Assembly: GCA_964649975.1 (NCBI GenBank)
Contig: CAZYSM010000003.1
Span: 16,292-80,291 of the forward strand
Source of the DNA: an uncultured Bacteroidales bacterium
GTDB lineage: Bacteria > Bacteroidota > Bacteroidia > Bacteroidales > S143-33
Length of the DNA stretch: 64,000 nucleotides
Direction: 5' to 3'
Positions 27,666 to 38,166 of this stretch are shown here, piece by piece. Every line of letters starts with the position of its first letter. Positions within the stretch are counted from its first letter, which is position 1. The notes beneath the pieces were generated by a model. The model ran no database searches. It saw only the letters and a program-made list of their open reading frames with translations, and was not told the origin of the DNA. Made by a program: the position numbers and the translations under genes.

Positions 27666-29117
27666 TTACCTTATACCAAAGGCATAATAAGCCACGGTAC
27701 CATCCGGATAAATACCCTGAATGTAAACGCCACCACGTACTTTATCAATAACTTTTTTGAGCTCGTCAACCGAACGAATCGGATGGTCATTAATCTTTAC
27801 AATGATAAATCCAGGCTTTACACCTACTGCACGGAGCTTACCAGGACCAAGGTCAACCACACGCACTCCGTATTTAATACCCAGCTGTGCCAGCTCGTCT
27901 TTGGACAAATCCTCAAATGTAGCACCCAGCTGGTCAATCCTCTGTGCTAACTCCACAGAAGTTTTTCCATGGGCATTGCGCAATATTACAGGAATATCCA
28001 TTTTTTTACCGTGACGTAATACTGTAATAACAACCTTATCACCAGGACGATGCTGTCCGATTTTCTCAAGCAATTCTGGCACATCTGTAACAGTCATGCC
28101 ATCTACTGCAGTAATAACGTCACCTACTTTTATTCCAGCAGCTTCGGCAGCTCCACCCTGATTAACCTGCATCACTATGGCACCGTTATAATCAGATAAA
28201 CCGAATTTCTTGGCAATTTCATCATTAATATCCGATACCGAAACGCCAAGGAAAGCACGCTGAACAGATCCATACTCCAGCAAGTCAGCAACGACTTTCT
28301 TGACAATGTTAACAGGTACAGCAAAGCCATAGCCTGCATATACACCTGTTGGAGAAGCTATTGCTGTATTGATACCAACCAATTCTCCATTAAGATTTAC
28401 CAGAGCACCACCACTATTTCCGGGATTAATAGCAGCATCTGTCTGGATGAAAGATTCTATGGCATAGCGACGGTCAATAATGCTCACACTACGCCCTTTG
28501 GCACTAACAATACCAGCAGTAACCGTGGAAGTAAGATTAAACGGATTACCAATAGCCAGTACCCATTGCCCTACTTTTAGCTTATCAGAATCGCCAAAGG
28601 GCAAAACAGGCAGGTTATCTGCATCAATCTTTATAAGAGCAATATCCGTAGCCGGGTCACGTCCAATAACCTTGGCTTTGTATGTATGTTTGTTAAAGAG
28701 CGTCACAGTAATATTAGTAGCATTTTCTACCACGTGATTGTTTGTAACAATATATCCATCCTTTGAGATAATAACACCAGACCCACTACCTTTTATTTGT
28801 GGCATTTCAAAATTCCCAAAAGGAAAACCATTCCATACTGGCTGGGTGTAATATTCAGTTTTTATATGCACCACAGCTTTACGGGCTTTTTCGGCCGCCA
28901 CAGTAAAATCCAAATCCGTATTAATAACATTCACTCCTTTATCTCCTACCGGAGTAACATTTGTAGAAGATGATTGAGAGGCAGAAGAGATTGCTGTTTG
29001 CGTAGCAGATACCTTTTTCTGCAATCTATCTGCAGCAACGGTAAAAGCTACTACTCCACCCAGAATTCCGAAAACAAAACTAAACAAATAAACCTTCCAA
29101 TTTTTTTGCCGTAACAT
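27666..29117 (-). CDS. htrA: Periplasmic serine endoprotease, HtrA/DegP/DegQ (Do) family
   Basis: Catalytic-triad contexts TNNHVV, DIALIK and GNSGGALVN, plus two PDZ-like C-terminal domains. Confidence 0.9.
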   Translation of the reverse strand: MLRQKNWKVYLFSFVFGILGGVVAFTVAADRLQKKVSATQTAISSASQSSSTNVTPVGDKGVNVINTDLDFTVAAEKARKAVVHIKTEYYTQPVWNGFPFGNFEMPQIKGSGSGVIISKDGYIVTNNHVVENATNITVTLFNKHTYKAKVIGRDPATDIALIKIDADNLPVLPFGDSDKLKVGQWVLAIGNPFNLTSTVTAGIVSAKGRSVSIIDRRYAIESFIQTDAAINPGNSGGALVNLNGELVGINTAIASPTGVYAGYGFAVPVNIVKKVVADLLEYGSVQRAFLGVSVSDINDEIAKKFGLSDYNGAIVMQVNQGGAAEAAGIKVGDVITAVDGMTVTDVPELLEKIGQHRPGDKVVITVLRHGKKMDIPVILRNAHGKTSVELAQRIDQLGATFEDLSKDELAQLGIKYGVRVVDLGPGKLRAVGVKPGFIIVKINDHPIRSVDELKKVIDKVRGGVYIQGIYPDGTVAYYAFGIR

Positions 29118-29205
29118 AGCAAATCCTTTTTTAATTGTACTACTAAAATAACAAGTCCAAACAAGCCTTATTAATTTCTCAAATTAAAAAAACTAAAATC
29201 TAATA

Positions 29206-30747
29206 TTAATTTTTCTTACTCCATATCATAATCTCCTCGGGTTTTAGTGGACGGAAATACCATAGCCACTGGAAGCCCTCCAGTTTACGCTCATCCTCCG
29301 ACAGTTGAGATGGCGGATATACTTTTCCCTTGGGTTTACCAATGGCCAGGATAGAATGTACTCTTTTGTTCTTTATAAAAATACGTATTGTATCGCACTG
29401 AATTTTATTTATTCCTACAGTCACCGAATCCTGGGTAAGGAAATAAATTGCAGAGGCATTCTGATCCACATCCACCCGGTAAATAGCCCGCTTACGGAAA
29501 AAAGCTTCTATTTTATCGCCCTTAATTTGATTAAAATTATCCTCGCGGGTATGCTCAATAATGAAAGCATTACCATCCACTACCAGCTTGTATGGCTCTC
29601 CTGCCAGGCTCAAAAGCTCCATAAAATTTCCTGATATCTGGACACTGTCGGACCACAGAACAGGACTACCGTAGAGGAAAAGCGTGGAGTCGAGCATGGA
29701 ATAAACCAGACTATCGGTCTTTACTTGCAAACTACGCTGAAAACCTTTGACATGGTGATAAGCCAGGGCTTTGCGATAGACAAAAGTATCCGTAGCCTCA
29801 TAAAGGGTATCCATAAAAGAATAAATTGTATCACTATGAAGCCAGAGGGTATCCTGGTCACGGAACTGTGTGAGGACTGCCTGGCGCGTGATAAAAAATT
29901 CCTTTGTTTTATCATTGAATTTGCCCAATTCACCAGTAACCCTGTATTTTTCCACTGTATCAATAATCACCACATTTCCTCTGGCTGTGCCATTACCCGA
30001 AGCTCTATCATAATTAATAGCATCAGCCGAAACTATCTGTGTTTTCAAGAATAACTGTGCACCAGATACAATGGAGGCTTTCTGGTGGCGATGATCAAAA
30101 CTACCACGGGTACAATAGAGGTTCATAGAGTCGCCCACAATATGTGTTTTTCCGAAAAAATAAGAAACCTCAGTGTTAAGATCATGGAAAAGCGAATCTG
30201 TGTAAATATCATACTTCTGGCTCAATAGCACCACATTTTTACTGAAGGCAAGATTTTTTTCCTTGGTGTTATAATAGCCACGGATACTGATAAGAGTGTC
30301 AGTTTTGGTAATAATCTTTCCTTTATGCAGATAATAGGCTTTGTCCTGGTCAAAATTGTATAACAATTCGTTAGTAAAAAGCCTGATTGTGTCTTTTATC
30401 AATCTGACATTCCCTCTAAAGGTAGCCAGCCGCGCATTGGCATTATAAATCAAAGAGTCGCAATACAATAGCACAGTGTCTTTCTGGTCAGCTTTTATCA
30501 CCCTCACGTCTCCGTATCCTTTCATCAAATTGCTATCCCGGTCAATATAAGCGCTATCGCAATATATTGTTGACATTTTATGGGAAACAATCACCTGGCC
30601 TTTAAGAATTTGAATATTTTTACCAAGCTTTTTTGTGGCATATAAATAATTGGAATGCACCAGTTCTATTGGCTCTTGCTGCTGTGCCACAAGCCTTAAT
30701 ACGGAAAAGAGAATCATTAACAGCAGAAAAAAAATCTTTTTTTCCAT
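29206..30747 (-). CDS. OstA-like (LptA/LptD N-terminal fold) repeat protein
   Basis: Signal peptide and repeated ..L.G.V.I.....I.CDSA.Y......A.GNV.. beta-jellyroll motifs (GDVRVIK, RGNVRLIK, SKNVVLL, RGNVVII). Confidence 0.6.
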   Translation of the reverse strand: MEKKIFFLLLMILFSVLRLVAQQQEPIELVHSNYLYATKKLGKNIQILKGQVIVSHKMSTIYCDSAYIDRDSNLMKGYGDVRVIKADQKDTVLLYCDSLIYNANARLATFRGNVRLIKDTIRLFTNELLYNFDQDKAYYLHKGKIITKTDTLISIRGYYNTKEKNLAFSKNVVLLSQKYDIYTDSLFHDLNTEVSYFFGKTHIVGDSMNLYCTRGSFDHRHQKASIVSGAQLFLKTQIVSADAINYDRASGNGTARGNVVIIDTVEKYRVTGELGKFNDKTKEFFITRQAVLTQFRDQDTLWLHSDTIYSFMDTLYEATDTFVYRKALAYHHVKGFQRSLQVKTDSLVYSMLDSTLFLYGSPVLWSDSVQISGNFMELLSLAGEPYKLVVDGNAFIIEHTREDNFNQIKGDKIEAFFRKRAIYRVDVDQNASAIYFLTQDSVTVGINKIQCDTIRIFIKNKRVHSILAIGKPKGKVYPPSQLSEDERKLEGFQWLWYFRPLKPEEIMIWSKKN

Positions 30748-30828
30748 AAGAAATTTTTTAGCACGTATTTTTTACAGATTTTTGTAAAGCTAAAAAAAAG
30801 ATTTTCATTAAGAATTTAAAATAAAAAA

Positions 30829-31494
30829 ATGATAAAGGGAGTAATCTTTGACATGGATGGCTTGCTGATAGATTCAGAGCCTCTATGGATGCAAGCCGAA
30901 ATAGAAACATTCAAGGAACTGGGCATAGACCTGACACCAGAGGATTGCCGCAAGATGCAGGGCATAAAAATACAGGATGTTGTAAATCACTGGTATAAAA
31001 TGAATCCGTGGCAGGGGCCCACTCCGGAAGAAGTAGCAAAGAAAGTAGCAAAACGCGTTGAGCAACTGATAATCAGCAAGGGACAAATGCAGCCCGGAGT
31101 TATTGAGACCCTGGAATTTTTCCGTAAAAAGCATCTGCCCATGGCTGTGGCCTCGTCCTCCTCACCGGAGTTAATACGTCTGGTAACGGACAAGCTACAC
31201 ATCACTGATTATTTTGAATTCCTGCATTCTTCACTCGCGGAAAAACGGGGCAAACCCTATCCTGACATTTTTTTGACTGTTGCCCAAAAGATCGGGGTTG
31301 CACCAGAACACTGCCTTGTCTTTGAGGATTCGATAAATGGTGTAATAGCTGGCAAACGCGCTGGTATGACAGTAGTAGCTGTACCATATCCAGAACGTTA
31401 CGCAGACCAGGGATTTGACATTGCGGATATGAAACTGAGATCGCTCTTAGAATGGAACGAGGAAAAATTCCGTTCTCTACTCGTCAAGGCCTGA
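30829..31494 (+). CDS. HAD-superfamily phosphatase (beta-phosphoglucomutase / sugar-phosphatase subfamily)
   Basis: Motif [14 protein letters not shown], motif II VASSS, motif III/IV K..P.....[16 protein letters not shown]. Confidence 0.85.
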   Translation: MIKGVIFDMDGLLIDSEPLWMQAEIETFKELGIDLTPEDCRKMQGIKIQDVVNHWYKMNPWQGPTPEEVAKKVAKRVEQLIISKGQMQPGVIETLEFFRKKHLPMAVASSSSPELIRLVTDKLHITDYFEFLHSSLAEKRGKPYPDIFLTVAQKIGVAPEHCLVFEDSINGVIAGKRAGMTVVAVPYPERYADQGFDIADMKLRSLLEWNEEKFRSLLVKA

Positions 31495-32172
31495 TTTTTT
31501 CCACAAATCAGGCCGCAGACGTTTAGTCCGTTCAATTGACTGTTCCAGGCGCCACTGTTCAATAGCTTTATGGTCGCCCGAGAGGAGCACCTCTGGCACT
31601 TTCCAGCCCTTAAATTCCGCAGGCCGCGTATAAACCGGAGGTGCCAGCAGGTTGTCTTGAAAAGAATCTGTCAGGGCGGATTCGCTATCTCCCAGAGCAC
31701 CGGGCAATAGACGTACCACACTATCCACAATCACGGCAGCAGCCAGCTCTCCCCCCGAGAGGACATAATCGCCAATGGATATTTCCCGTGTAATAAGGTG
31801 ATCACGCACGCGCTGGTCCACACCTTTGTAATGCCCACAGAGGATAAGAATTTTATCCAAAGTAGAAAAATAATTGGCTATCTGCTGGTTATATGTCTCT
31901 CCGTCGGGTGTTGTATATATAATCTCGTCATAGCCTCCGCGTTTTTCCGTCAGATATTCAATAGCCCGATAGATAGGCTCAATCATCATAACCATTCCTG
32001 CGCCCCCGCCATAAGGATAATCGTCCACCTGACGGTATTTATTAGTAGCAAAATCACGGATATTTATGACATTAATTTCCACAAGTCCATTATCTCTGGC
32101 CCGTTTTACAATAGAATAATCAAAAGGGCCCTGCAAAATCTCCGGAACAACAGTTAAAATATCTATTATCAT
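31477..32172 (-). CDS. trmD: tRNA (guanine37-N1)-methyltransferase TrmD
   Basis: [13 protein letters not shown].., [35 protein letters not shown]. Confidence 0.95.
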   Translation of the reverse strand: MIIDILTVVPEILQGPFDYSIVKRARDNGLVEINVINIRDFATNKYRQVDDYPYGGGAGMVMMIEPIYRAIEYLTEKRGGYDEIIYTTPDGETYNQQIANYFSTLDKILILCGHYKGVDQRVRDHLITREISIGDYVLSGGELAAAVIVDSVVRLLPGALGDSESALTDSFQDNLLAPPVYTRPAEFKGWKVPEVLLSGDHKAIEQWRLEQSIERTKRLRPDLWKKSGLDE

Positions 32173-32288
32173 TTTTTATTTTTTTGAGAAGATTTTTAAT
32201 TAAATTAAAAAACCATATACTTCAATTTTTCGTTATGATAAGGTACGAATATAAAAAAATATATGGAAAATCTCTACTCTCGGGCAAT

Positions 32289-35200
32289 ATGAACAAAATA
32301 CGAATTATTTTTTTTCTACTGCTGTTTACAAAAATAAGTTTTGCCCAGTTTCTGACCAAAATCCCGTTTGACCATTACAATATATCCTCGGGGCTGAGCA
32401 GCAATAATATCACCACGATAATCCAGGACGGCAGTGGGCTTTTATATATTGGCACAGACAAAGGACTTGAAACCTACGATGGATATAAATTTGAGAGAAT
32501 AGACATCTCCCAGAACGAAAATCTTTATATAACCTCCCTGCTAATTACACAAACACCTCGTAAATCCCTATGGATAGGCACATTAGACAGTGGCCTGATA
32601 AAAAGGGATTTGATAAATAATGAGAATTATTTTTTTCTATTCCGGCTATTTAAAGAACTACGTTCAGACAGGATAAATGATCTGGCATTGGTTGATAACG
32701 AAATTTTTATTGGCACCGACAGCGGCCTGACACGACTTAATCCTATAAGTGGGGTATTACATTATATTCCTATAAATCAAAACAATATTAACATAACATC
32801 ACTAAAAACACTGGGCAATACCCTGATAATTGGAACGGACCAGGGATTATTCTTTTTAAACGTAAAATCATTATCCACCGAAAGGTTAACACCTCCAGAA
32901 CTCAAAGGAATGTATATTACATCCCTGGAGATAGACAAAAATCATAACATCTGGATAGGGACATCCTCAGGAGTGTTTATTTATAACATTCCAGAGAAAA
33001 CACTTAAACATATTAATTATCCTGTTTCTCTTAGCAATTCATACATTACTACAATAAAATACACTTCCTACAACGAAGTATGGATAGGCACACGCAATAA
33101 CGGACTATTTATCATTAACCAGAAAAAGCATAATATAGAACATATCGTAAGCAATCCTTTTCTTTTCCATAGCATCAAAAGTAATAATATAACCACAATT
33201 TTTGAAGCTCAAAACAAAGATATATGGATAGGCACATACGGAGGCGGCCTATACAGATACGCGCCTTCTCACCGGCATTTACAATATATTTCGTTTTACC
33301 TCCAACCCAGGGAAGGAAAAAATATTCAAACCATAGCCCGGGATAAAAAAGGTAACATCTGGATAGCCACACGTAATGCCGGGATAAAAAAATGGAATCC
33401 ACACACCAACACCACTACAACATTCTCACATAACCCCAAATCCAAAAAATCCATAGCTCAAAATAACATCACTGCAATATATGCCGACAGCAAAGGAAGA
33501 ATATGGCTGGGCACAGAAAGTAAAGGCGTTGATATGCTAGATCCTGTAAAAGGCAAAGTTATCAAACATTTTTCCCAGCTAAAAGATGTTTACATCTCAG
33601 ATATTACCGAAGACAAAGACGGAAATATCTGGATTGCTACTTTTGGAAAAGGGCTGATTAAGTTGCATAATAACAAAATCAAGACCTATACCAAATCCAA
33701 TTCCCATTTACCAAGCAATTTTGTTACCCGGGTGTTTTGTGACAGGAAAAACCGCATCTGGATAGGTACAATAAAAGGACTGGCTATACTAATGCCTGCT
33801 TCCAATAAAATTACACCAATTTTAACCTCGGATAAAAACTTAAATCTATTATGGATATACGCCATATATCAAAGTGATGACGGTAATATCTGGCTTTCCA
33901 CAAAATCCGGAAAATTATACAAAATAGATAAAAATCTACAATATAAAGAGATTAATGACACAACCCTTACCCAGAACAATGTTATATATGACATTAATGG
34001 ATATGATGGGATAATATGGCTGGCCAGTAAAAAAGGGCTCATTAAATATAATCCACATACCGGAAAAAAATATATACTTTATAACGGAATAATAAACTGC
34101 CACGGTGGATATAACCGCCTCGTAAAATCAGAAAAAGGTTTTTACGCTATATCCGACAACGGTCTTGTCAAAATAGATACTAATATTAGCAACCTGACAC
34201 AGTATACTCCACGCATTGATATAGCATCACTGGAGATCAATAATAAAAAACAAGTTATTAGTTCCAGAAAAAAAATAGAGATTAAAGGCCTGAAAAACAG
34301 CCTAAAATTAATCTTACATCCCATTGATTTTCATAATCGTTTCCATCTGTTTAAATACAAACTCCTTGGGCTGGATACAACATTCCATATAAATGATAAA
34401 CCAATAATTGCCTATAAAAATATTCCTCCTGGTAAATACCGGCTTGTTGTAAAACCAATTAGTGCGACTGGAGATGCCGACTCTGTTATTATTCCGCTGG
34501 ATATAGTAGTAAAACGACAATTTACTGACACCAGGGCTTTTGCGTTACTCCGCTCAAGCCTGTATATAATTCTATTTCTGAGCGTTATCATTCTGATGTT
34601 AGGGTATTTTATAAGACGACAACGCAAACTGTTAAACATTATCACAGCTCAAAATAATGAGTTAAAAAAGAAAAATAAGGAACTGGAAGAAAAAATCAGA
34701 ACCATAAAAGAACAATCTGATTATATAATAAAATTAAATGAAAAATTAAGTATTAGCAACGAGGAACTCAAAACAACAAACCAGATACTTAAAGAGCAAG
34801 AGGAGCTACTGAGCGCACAGACTCAAGAAATAGAATCCAGCCTGCAATACGCCCAGCACATACAACGTTTATTAATGCAGTCGCATGAAGACCTGCGACA
34901 GATATTCAGCCAGCACTTTTTGATATATATACCCCAGGGATATGTTTCTGGAGATTTCTACTGGGCTGCCCAGATAGACAATAATAAAATAGCAATAGTG
35001 GGAGATGCCACTGGACATGGTGTCCCCGGAGCCCTGATGGCAATTTTAGGATTAAGTATAATCAAAAAAGTTGTAAATGAATATAAAATCACTGATCCTC
35101 AAGATATTCTCAACAAAGTAAAAGTTGACCTGAAAAGTTTTCAGAACAAATATAACTACGATAGTGAAGGTTTTAAGCTTGATAGAGAAGGTTTTGCCCT

Positions 35201-35630
35201 GGCAATTGCCAAAATAGACCAGCAAAATAATTTAATAAAATATGCCACTGCGGGAGGTATTATTTATTTCATAGACGTAAAAAACAACCAACTGCATGAA
35301 TTCAAAACAGCACGCCGTGATATAACTTTTGGCTTCAGTGCTCCCGAATATACCCAGGCCATTTATAAATACAACAATGGCGATATGTTATACCTATTCA
35401 CTGATGGATATGCCGACCAGATAGGCGGCCCTGACGGGAAAAAATTTAAATACCGCAAATTAAAAGAACTATTGAAAAAAATTTGTGTTCTTCCTGTAGA
35501 TGAACAGAAAAGGATACTTGAACAAAATTTTTATCAATGGATGCATCATCCTTCCAAAGACGGGCTATTACCTCATTATTTCCAGATTGATGATGTCACG
35601 TTTATGGGGATAAAGCTGGAAGCTGATTAA
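32289..35630 (+). CDS. Sensor phosphatase: two-component-regulator propeller repeats, Y_Y_Y domain, TM helix, coiled coil, PP2C/SpoIIE domain
   Basis: Start set to MNKIRIIFFLLLFTKISFAQ (the track starts at an upstream TTG, 32184). Many ..I..I..D..G.IW[IL]GT.. propeller repeats. Y_Y_Y-like FKYKLLGLDTTF. TM helix LYIILFLSVIILMLGYFI. SpoIIE motifs SGDFYWA, VGDATGHGVPGAL, LFTDGYADQ, IDDVTFMG. Confidence 0.85.
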   Translation: MNKIRIIFFLLLFTKISFAQFLTKIPFDHYNISSGLSSNNITTIIQDGSGLLYIGTDKGLETYDGYKFERIDISQNENLYITSLLITQTPRKSLWIGTLDSGLIKRDLINNENYFFLFRLFKELRSDRINDLALVDNEIFIGTDSGLTRLNPISGVLHYIPINQNNINITSLKTLGNTLIIGTDQGLFFLNVKSLSTERLTPPELKGMYITSLEIDKNHNIWIGTSSGVFIYNIPEKTLKHINYPVSLSNSYITTIKYTSYNEVWIGTRNNGLFIINQKKHNIEHIVSNPFLFHSIKSNNITTIFEAQNKDIWIGTYGGGLYRYAPSHRHLQYISFYLQPREGKNIQTIARDKKGNIWIATRNAGIKKWNPHTNTTTTFSHNPKSKKSIAQNNITAIYADSKGRIWLGTESKGVDMLDPVKGKVIKHFSQLKDVYISDITEDKDGNIWIATFGKGLIKLHNNKIKTYTKSNSHLPSNFVTRVFCDRKNRIWIGTIKGLAILMPASNKITPILTSDKNLNLLWIYAIYQSDDGNIWLSTKSGKLYKIDKNLQYKEINDTTLTQNNVIYDINGYDGIIWLASKKGLIKYNPHTGKKYILYNGIINCHGGYNRLVKSEKGFYAISDNGLVKIDTNISNLTQYTPRIDIASLEINNKKQVISSRKKIEIKGLKNSLKLILHPIDFHNRFHLFKYKLLGLDTTFHINDKPIIAYKNIPPGKYRLVVKPISATGDADSVIIPLDIVVKRQFTDTRAFALLRSSLYIILFLSVIILMLGYFIRRQRKLLNIITAQNNELKKKNKELEEKIRTIKEQSDYIIKLNEKLSISNEELKTTNQILKEQEELLSAQTQEIESSLQYAQHIQRLLMQSHEDLRQIFSQHFLIYIPQGYVSGDFYWAAQIDNNKIAIVGDATGHGVPGALMAILGLSIIKKVVNEYKITDPQDILNKVKVDLKSFQNKYNYDSEGFKLDREGFALAIAKIDQQNNLIKYATAGGIIYFIDVKNNQLHEFKTARRDITFGFSAPEYTQAIYKYNNGDMLYLFTDGYADQIGGPDGKKFKYRKLKELLKKICVLPVDEQKRILEQNFYQWMHHPSKDGLLPHYFQIDDVTFMGIKLEAD

Positions 35631-36235
35631 TCCATTTGTATCCTATCAATATCCAGAGGAATAAAAATATCAGCTTCCTCTCTGAGGCGTCCGCTGACAA
35701 AATCCTCAAAAAAAGCTACCACAGTAGGTATCCTGAATTTGTTTTTGATAATATGTATAACGCTGTGGAAATCACCGTCTCCGCTAACTATGACAGCAAA
35801 ATCGCAAACCCGCTGGGTTATATCCATGACTATATCTGTGGCCAGCAAGGTATCATCTCCCTTGATGTGATGGTCGCGGCCAATCTCCAGCTCTATTATT
35901 CCAAATTCCACTTTTACCTTTTTATCACAAAAACCTTTGTTCACACGGGACTTTACTGCCTGCAAAAATTTTTCTTTTTTAAGGCGTTTAGCCTCATCAT
36001 TAATTACCAATCCGTCATACAACTTAACCTTTGATAAATCTAATTCATTTATACCCAGACGATTACCCAGCTCTTTAATAATAAAACAACACAATTTATA
36101 ATAATCTATCTTTCGTCCCCCACGGTCAAGATTTCCATCTATTTCCTTAAGATTATTGAGAAAATTGGAATTGTCAATATACAAGCAAACTTTGTTAAAA
36201 TATCTGGAAAATATGTTTATTGCACCTTTATCCAT
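35627..36235 (-). CDS. NYN (LabA-like, PIN-related) domain protein
   Basis: VCLYIDNSNF, KGDDTLLATDIVMD and AVIVSGDGDFHSVI are NYN/LabA acidic motifs. Confidence 0.75.
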   Translation of the reverse strand: MDKGAINIFSRYFNKVCLYIDNSNFLNNLKEIDGNLDRGGRKIDYYKLCCFIIKELGNRLGINELDLSKVKLYDGLVINDEAKRLKKEKFLQAVKSRVNKGFCDKKVKVEFGIIELEIGRDHHIKGDDTLLATDIVMDITQRVCDFAVIVSGDGDFHSVIHIIKNKFRIPTVVAFFEDFVSGRLREEADIFIPLDIDRIQMD

Positions 36236-36330
36236 TAAAACAAAACTATTTATTTTTAAAACTTTTAAAATTAAACTAAGTAAATTAAATTTGTGATTGA
36301 CAAGTTCAAATTAAAAGAAAATTTTCCGCA

Positions 36331-36921
36331 ATGACAATTGATATTTACTCCAGAAACAAAATATTTCACCTGACCGATGAACCCAATGAGTATCATATAC
36401 AATACAAGGACAGAAAACAGCTGAAAGATCTGCTGGATAAATTTGCAGAAGGCTTTTATACCGAAGTATATGTATATCACAGCGATTTGACAGAATTGTT
36501 TAAAAATTTCAGGCTATTTTTCAATTACATAGAATCAGCCGGTGGTGTGGTATTCAATAAATACGGACAAATTCTTTTTCTGAAAAAAAATCAGATATGG
36601 GATCTGCCCAAAGGAAAAATAGAAAAAGGCGAAACTCCCGAAGAAGCTGCAGTAAGGGAAGTGTCAGAAGAAACCGGACTGGATAACCTGGTAATTGTCA
36701 ATTCTTTACCTTCCACATATCACATTTTCAAACGTAAAGACAAAAAATACCTCAAAAAAATCTATTGGTATAAAATGCTCTACAAAGGATATAAAAATCC
36801 TCGTCCGCTCAAGGAAGAAGGCATTACCGATATCCAATGGGTAAATCCGGAACAGCTGCCATACATAATTGATCACATCCATCCCAACCTTACCGAGATG
36901 GTCAAAAAACTTATAGCATGA
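36331..36921 (+). CDS. NUDIX hydrolase
   Basis: Nudix box GKIEKGETPEEAAVREVSEETGL. Confidence 0.85.
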   Translation: MTIDIYSRNKIFHLTDEPNEYHIQYKDRKQLKDLLDKFAEGFYTEVYVYHSDLTELFKNFRLFFNYIESAGGVVFNKYGQILFLKKNQIWDLPKGKIEKGETPEEAAVREVSEETGLDNLVIVNSLPSTYHIFKRKDKKYLKKIYWYKMLYKGYKNPRPLKEEGITDIQWVNPEQLPYIIDHIHPNLTEMVKKLIA

Positions 36922-38129
36922 AAATTATACATACTTCCGACTGGCATATAGGACGCAAATTTGAGAACATACCGCTGGAAGAGGAATTTAATTTTTTCAT
37001 TGACTGGCTTGTGCAAACAATAGAAGATCAAGAGGCTGATATTCTGATTATTGCAGGCGACATCTTTGATACCAGTATGCCATCTATACAGGCACAAAAA
37101 CAGTATTATTCCACTCTGGCAAAACTATCGGCAACACGTCTGCAAAAAATTATAATAATCAATGGCAATCACGATTCGGCAAATTTCCTCCTTGCCCCGC
37201 GCACCATTTTAAGCGGAATGAATACTTTTATTTCTGCAGGTTTACCCAAAAAGCTGGAAGATATTATCCTCACCTTGCCGGAAAATAATCCAGAAGTTGT
37301 TATTGCAGCTGTTCCATATCTGCGAGATATAGACATAATTAATTTTTTCCCCGAAGCAGATAAATACAGTGAAATTCAGAAAAATATAGCTCTATTTTAC
37401 CATATTATTGCCGAAAAGACTCAGCGTTTTAAGAAACAAGGCCTTCCTGTGGTTGCCACAGGGCATTTCTTTGTCACCGACAGCCGCCAGAGCGAAAAAG
37501 ATATTACAGACTATTCCCTGGGCGGATTGATTGACATTACCAGCTCACAGCTTCCTGATGCAATAGACTATTATGCTCTGGGACACGTGCACCGTCCATG
37601 GGCTCTGAAAGAGAAAAATATCCATTATTGTGGCAATCCTTTCCCTATGAGTTTCAATGATATACGTTCAGACATTCCTAAACAAATAAATCTCATTGAC
37701 ACACAAGACATTAGCAAAATCAAGACAATACCTGTGCCATTGCCCCGTCAGATTGTAAAACTCACAGGCACAGCCGGGGAAGTGGAAGAACAATTAAAAA
37801 ACTTTGATAACAAAGGCTTTTTCTCTCCGGCCTATGCTGTGGCTATAATTGAAGATCATAATGGTGATATGGATAAAATTAGAGAACACCTGACATCTAT
37901 AAATAATGAACAAATCAAGCTGTTAACCACTATATTTCCGCCCAAAAAAAATAATTCCGATACTTCAAATAAAACGGACATAAAAGCGTTTGAAAATAAC
38001 GACCCCAAAACAATTTTCTCTTTGTTTATCTCTCAGCAAGATGATATAAATCAGCAGCTAAAAAAGGAATTACTGGAGACCTTTGACGAACTGTTGAGCC
38101 TATACCGTCAAAAATCAGCAGATCAATAA
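36918..38129 (+). CDS. sbcD: Exonuclease SbcD (Mre11-type phosphoesterase)
   Basis: IIHTSDWHIG, IAGDIFD, INGNHD, TGHFFV, GHVH phosphoesterase motifs. 4-nt overlap with the NUDIX stop. No sbcC follows. Confidence 0.85.
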   Translation: MKIIHTSDWHIGRKFENIPLEEEFNFFIDWLVQTIEDQEADILIIAGDIFDTSMPSIQAQKQYYSTLAKLSATRLQKIIIINGNHDSANFLLAPRTILSGMNTFISAGLPKKLEDIILTLPENNPEVVIAAVPYLRDIDIINFFPEADKYSEIQKNIALFYHIIAEKTQRFKKQGLPVVATGHFFVTDSRQSEKDITDYSLGGLIDITSSQLPDAIDYYALGHVHRPWALKEKNIHYCGNPFPMSFNDIRSDIPKQINLIDTQDISKIKTIPVPLPRQIVKLTGTAGEVEEQLKNFDNKGFFSPAYAVAIIEDHNGDMDKIREHLTSINNEQIKLLTTIFPPKKNNSDTSNKTDIKAFENNDPKTIFSLFISQQDDINQQLKKELLETFDELLSLYRQKSADQ

Positions 38130-38166
38130 TTTTTGGTTAACAAATTGCATAGTAAATTTAAGTTTT

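Noticed and set aside
32184-32288. TTG-initiated N-terminal extension of the propeller/PP2C sensor, and similar extensions at 10893, 24452-24502 and 59320
   Set aside because: In each case an internal ATG gives a canonical signal peptide and removes overlap with the neighbouring gene.
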